A stretch of 64,000 bases of DNA, taken from NCBI GenBank assembly GCA_040218735.1, contig JAVJQW010000070.1:32001-96000 (forward strand). The letters run 5' to 3'. Positions within the stretch are counted from its first letter, which is position 1; each line of letters opens with the position of its first letter. The notes beneath the pieces are model-generated. The model had not been told where the DNA came from. It made no database searches and saw nothing but the letters and a program-made list of their open reading frames with translations. The position numbers were made by a program, and so were the translations under genes. Shown in pieces: positions 63,901-64,000 of the stretch. This stretch comes from Deltaproteobacteria bacterium. Lineage in GTDB: Bacteria; Myxococcota; Kuafuiibacteriia; Kuafuiibacteriales; Kuafuiibacteriaceae.

Positions 63901-64000
63901 GGCGCCATGTACGCGAAGGTCCCGAGGAGCCCGCTGCTGCTCGTCGGCGCGCGAAGCAGCCGCGCGACGCCGAAGTCCATCAGCTTCACGCGCCCGTCGC
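60933..64000 (-). CDS. Ser/Thr kinase-AAA ATPase-TPR protein (5' part outside window)
   Basis: DFGVAR, YMAPEQ, DLYAVG; FVAR..EL, GPSGIGKS (Walker A), IEDLHWAD (Walker B), YRFYH; C-terminal TPRs. Confidence 0.9.
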   Translation of the reverse strand, partial: DGRVKLMDFGVARLLRAPTSSSGLLGTFAYMAPEQVTSGEIDGRSDLYAVGVLMYEVLAGDYPFPVEPPAAALHHHVNTKPTHVLEVNDKADPTLAALTQKLLEKDPLDRLQTAEEAFSYLTDDEQTSSQVESSLPGQLFAPRFVARGDELDALIELAESTAAGRGQLMLIEGPSGIGKSRLLQELKGRVRRKMNMVIGPCQPEPSQAYAPIETVLDEIESIASKAPNDVVRKIVGRDAALVHAVSPRLARLGGPATTEHLDASERKVRLHKAIVGVMGRLALTRPTILAIEDLHWADSSTLELLWDAARTLLAPRPRGKSDETVCPVAIILTRRSLAEGPDQSEQLVRRLDERSGLHRLTMRPIPATGVLDMVRTMTGVHRPLRKFVDELVRVTHGRPLMVQEVMESWVSERVLERRRGTWFYKDEALESEEVEDVTPAHGTPAVDDVTPRDAVPVAVSERPPTRARRPRPTRGDDAALAKLERLQPRSRELLERLALLGRLLPADLVSAVAELEEDAFLDAMDELVRANLLMEDVSHDGVRYRFYHEGFREAVTRALPAEPRAHLHLRIAHRLERRFSTRRAELAHVLARHFRAGGSPLRAVRYLEMMARAASTRGDIDAAMRRIQDATAVIDDAPRTPASGTRRLRLLLLQIDLLLDFGRPKEALERADPQAALNARAPEVMSAELVLRRAASQFALGRLDETLATLLSVPRPAPTRSLGARFLALEGATRMSRAEYGQARAVLESAHQIAQDAGLDELADELDGRVGVVLLFQGDFVGALEKLEGGLSTARRRGDTRALSDLLGHIGEVHAARGNESEALACFSEAIELAEARGVRRDLERWSGALGSLMSNLGDDEGATEKLQQALSIAKETGSRQGQATWHGELGIHHARSDRPERAAAELMRCLAISREIGFSLYEGWAQIYLGAVAIEKNYDSFTEAIEHIEAGLEIAEALENETLQIEGLVQSGRVYRAQGDENRAKISLERAEDLVQASQNVRLKKLVRHELEASDVFSTR

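Overview
High-GC, gene-dense bacterial chromosomal window, most consistent with a Myxococcota-like deltaproteobacterium (MYXO-CTERM-type sorting signals, an AglRQS-like motor triplet, five Hanks-type Ser/Thr kinases). Housekeeping genes are purM, purN, ridA, relA/spoT, topB, rpsA, cmk, aroA, hisC, accA, miaA, mutL and lpxH. They are interleaved with envelope and signalling genes: a FliG-C-like gene followed by a lipoprotein/TonB-like/beta-barrel/TPR cluster, an ECF sigma operon, a probable toxin-immunity pair, and large surface proteins. The most striking feature is the 2220-aa ORF at 51495-58157. It reads as two complete surface proteins in one frame: an internal MYXO-CTERM anchor runs straight into a second signal peptide through a shared RRKKK cluster, which suggests a processed polyprotein. 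It is transcribed divergently from a soluble kinase that ends in a ribbon-helix-helix-like domain. AccA carries a long histone-H1-like tail and MutL has a hexamer-repeat linker. No rRNA, tRNA, CRISPR array or transposase was recognised. All family calls come from motif recognition by eye, not from database searches.
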